In this document: piece by piece, positions 6,291-6,445 of the stretch
Layout of the letters: every line of letters begins with the position of its first letter
Position numbering within the stretch: the first letter of the stretch is position 1
Assembly (NCBI GenBank): GCA_041498975.1
Contig: JBGQJI010000138.1
Coordinates: 1-6,445, forward strand
Length of the DNA: 6,445 nt
Source: Candidatus Methylomirabilis sp.
GTDB lineage: Bacteria > Methylomirabilota > Methylomirabilia > Methylomirabilales > Methylomirabilaceae
Direction of reading: 5' to 3'
Made by a program: the position numbers and the translations under genes
The notes under the pieces: model-generated
What the model saw: the letters and a program-made list of their open reading frames with translations, nothing else
The model's database searches: none
Told to the model about the DNA's origin: nothing

Positions 6291-6445
6291 AGGGTTCGCC
6301 CCACGGCCTGGGCCACTCTGCTCAGTTCGTCCATGAGTTTCGCGAACGTGCTCGGAAGGAGGGCTTGCGGCCCGTCTGAAAGGGCTTCCTCGGGGCGGGG
6401 GTGAACCTCCACCATGATCCCATCGGCCCCGGCAGCCACCGCCGC
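6287..6445 (-). CDS. aroF: 3-deoxy-7-phosphoheptulonate (DAHP) synthase, class I-beta, 3' end only
   Basis: Translation [52 protein letters not shown] is the typical C-terminus of the DAHPS I-beta/KdsA family. Coupling to tyrA favours DAHP synthase. Confidence 0.9.
   Translation of the reverse strand, partial: AAVAAGADGIMVEVHPRPEEALSDGPQALLPSTFAKLMDELSRVAQAVGRTL

Noticed and set aside
5556..6404. Long plus-strand ORFs opposite tyrA, and similar ones opposite der, pgsA and hflX
   Set aside because: Antisense shadow ORFs expected in high-GC coding DNA.

Overview
GC-rich bacterial chromosomal window, mostly housekeeping genes on the minus strand. In transcription order (high to low coordinates): the 3' end of a class I-beta DAHP synthase, prephenate/cyclohexadienyl dehydrogenase tyrA, GTPase hflX, a pgsA-like CDP-alcohol phosphatidyltransferase, the double GTPase der, a ~900-nt intergenic region, and the 5' part of NADP-isocitrate dehydrogenase icd. 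The main discovery is missed by the ORF track. A plus-strand gene at 3257-3592, wedged antisense between pgsA and der, encodes a heavy-metal-associated (HMA, CopZ/MerP-like) domain. Its metal-binding motif reads GMLCGL-UGA, so an in-frame UGA sits exactly at the second Cys of CxxC, and a SECIS-like hairpin follows. This is best read as a CxxU selenoprotein metal chaperone. Secondary observations are a ~290-nt structured icd leader with alternative RBS/anti-RBS pairings, an FNR/Dnr-like box, GC-rich palindromes after der, a long-form (cyanobacterial-like) IDH insertion, and an atypical HflX C-terminus. All structures were folded by eye and no database searches were run.
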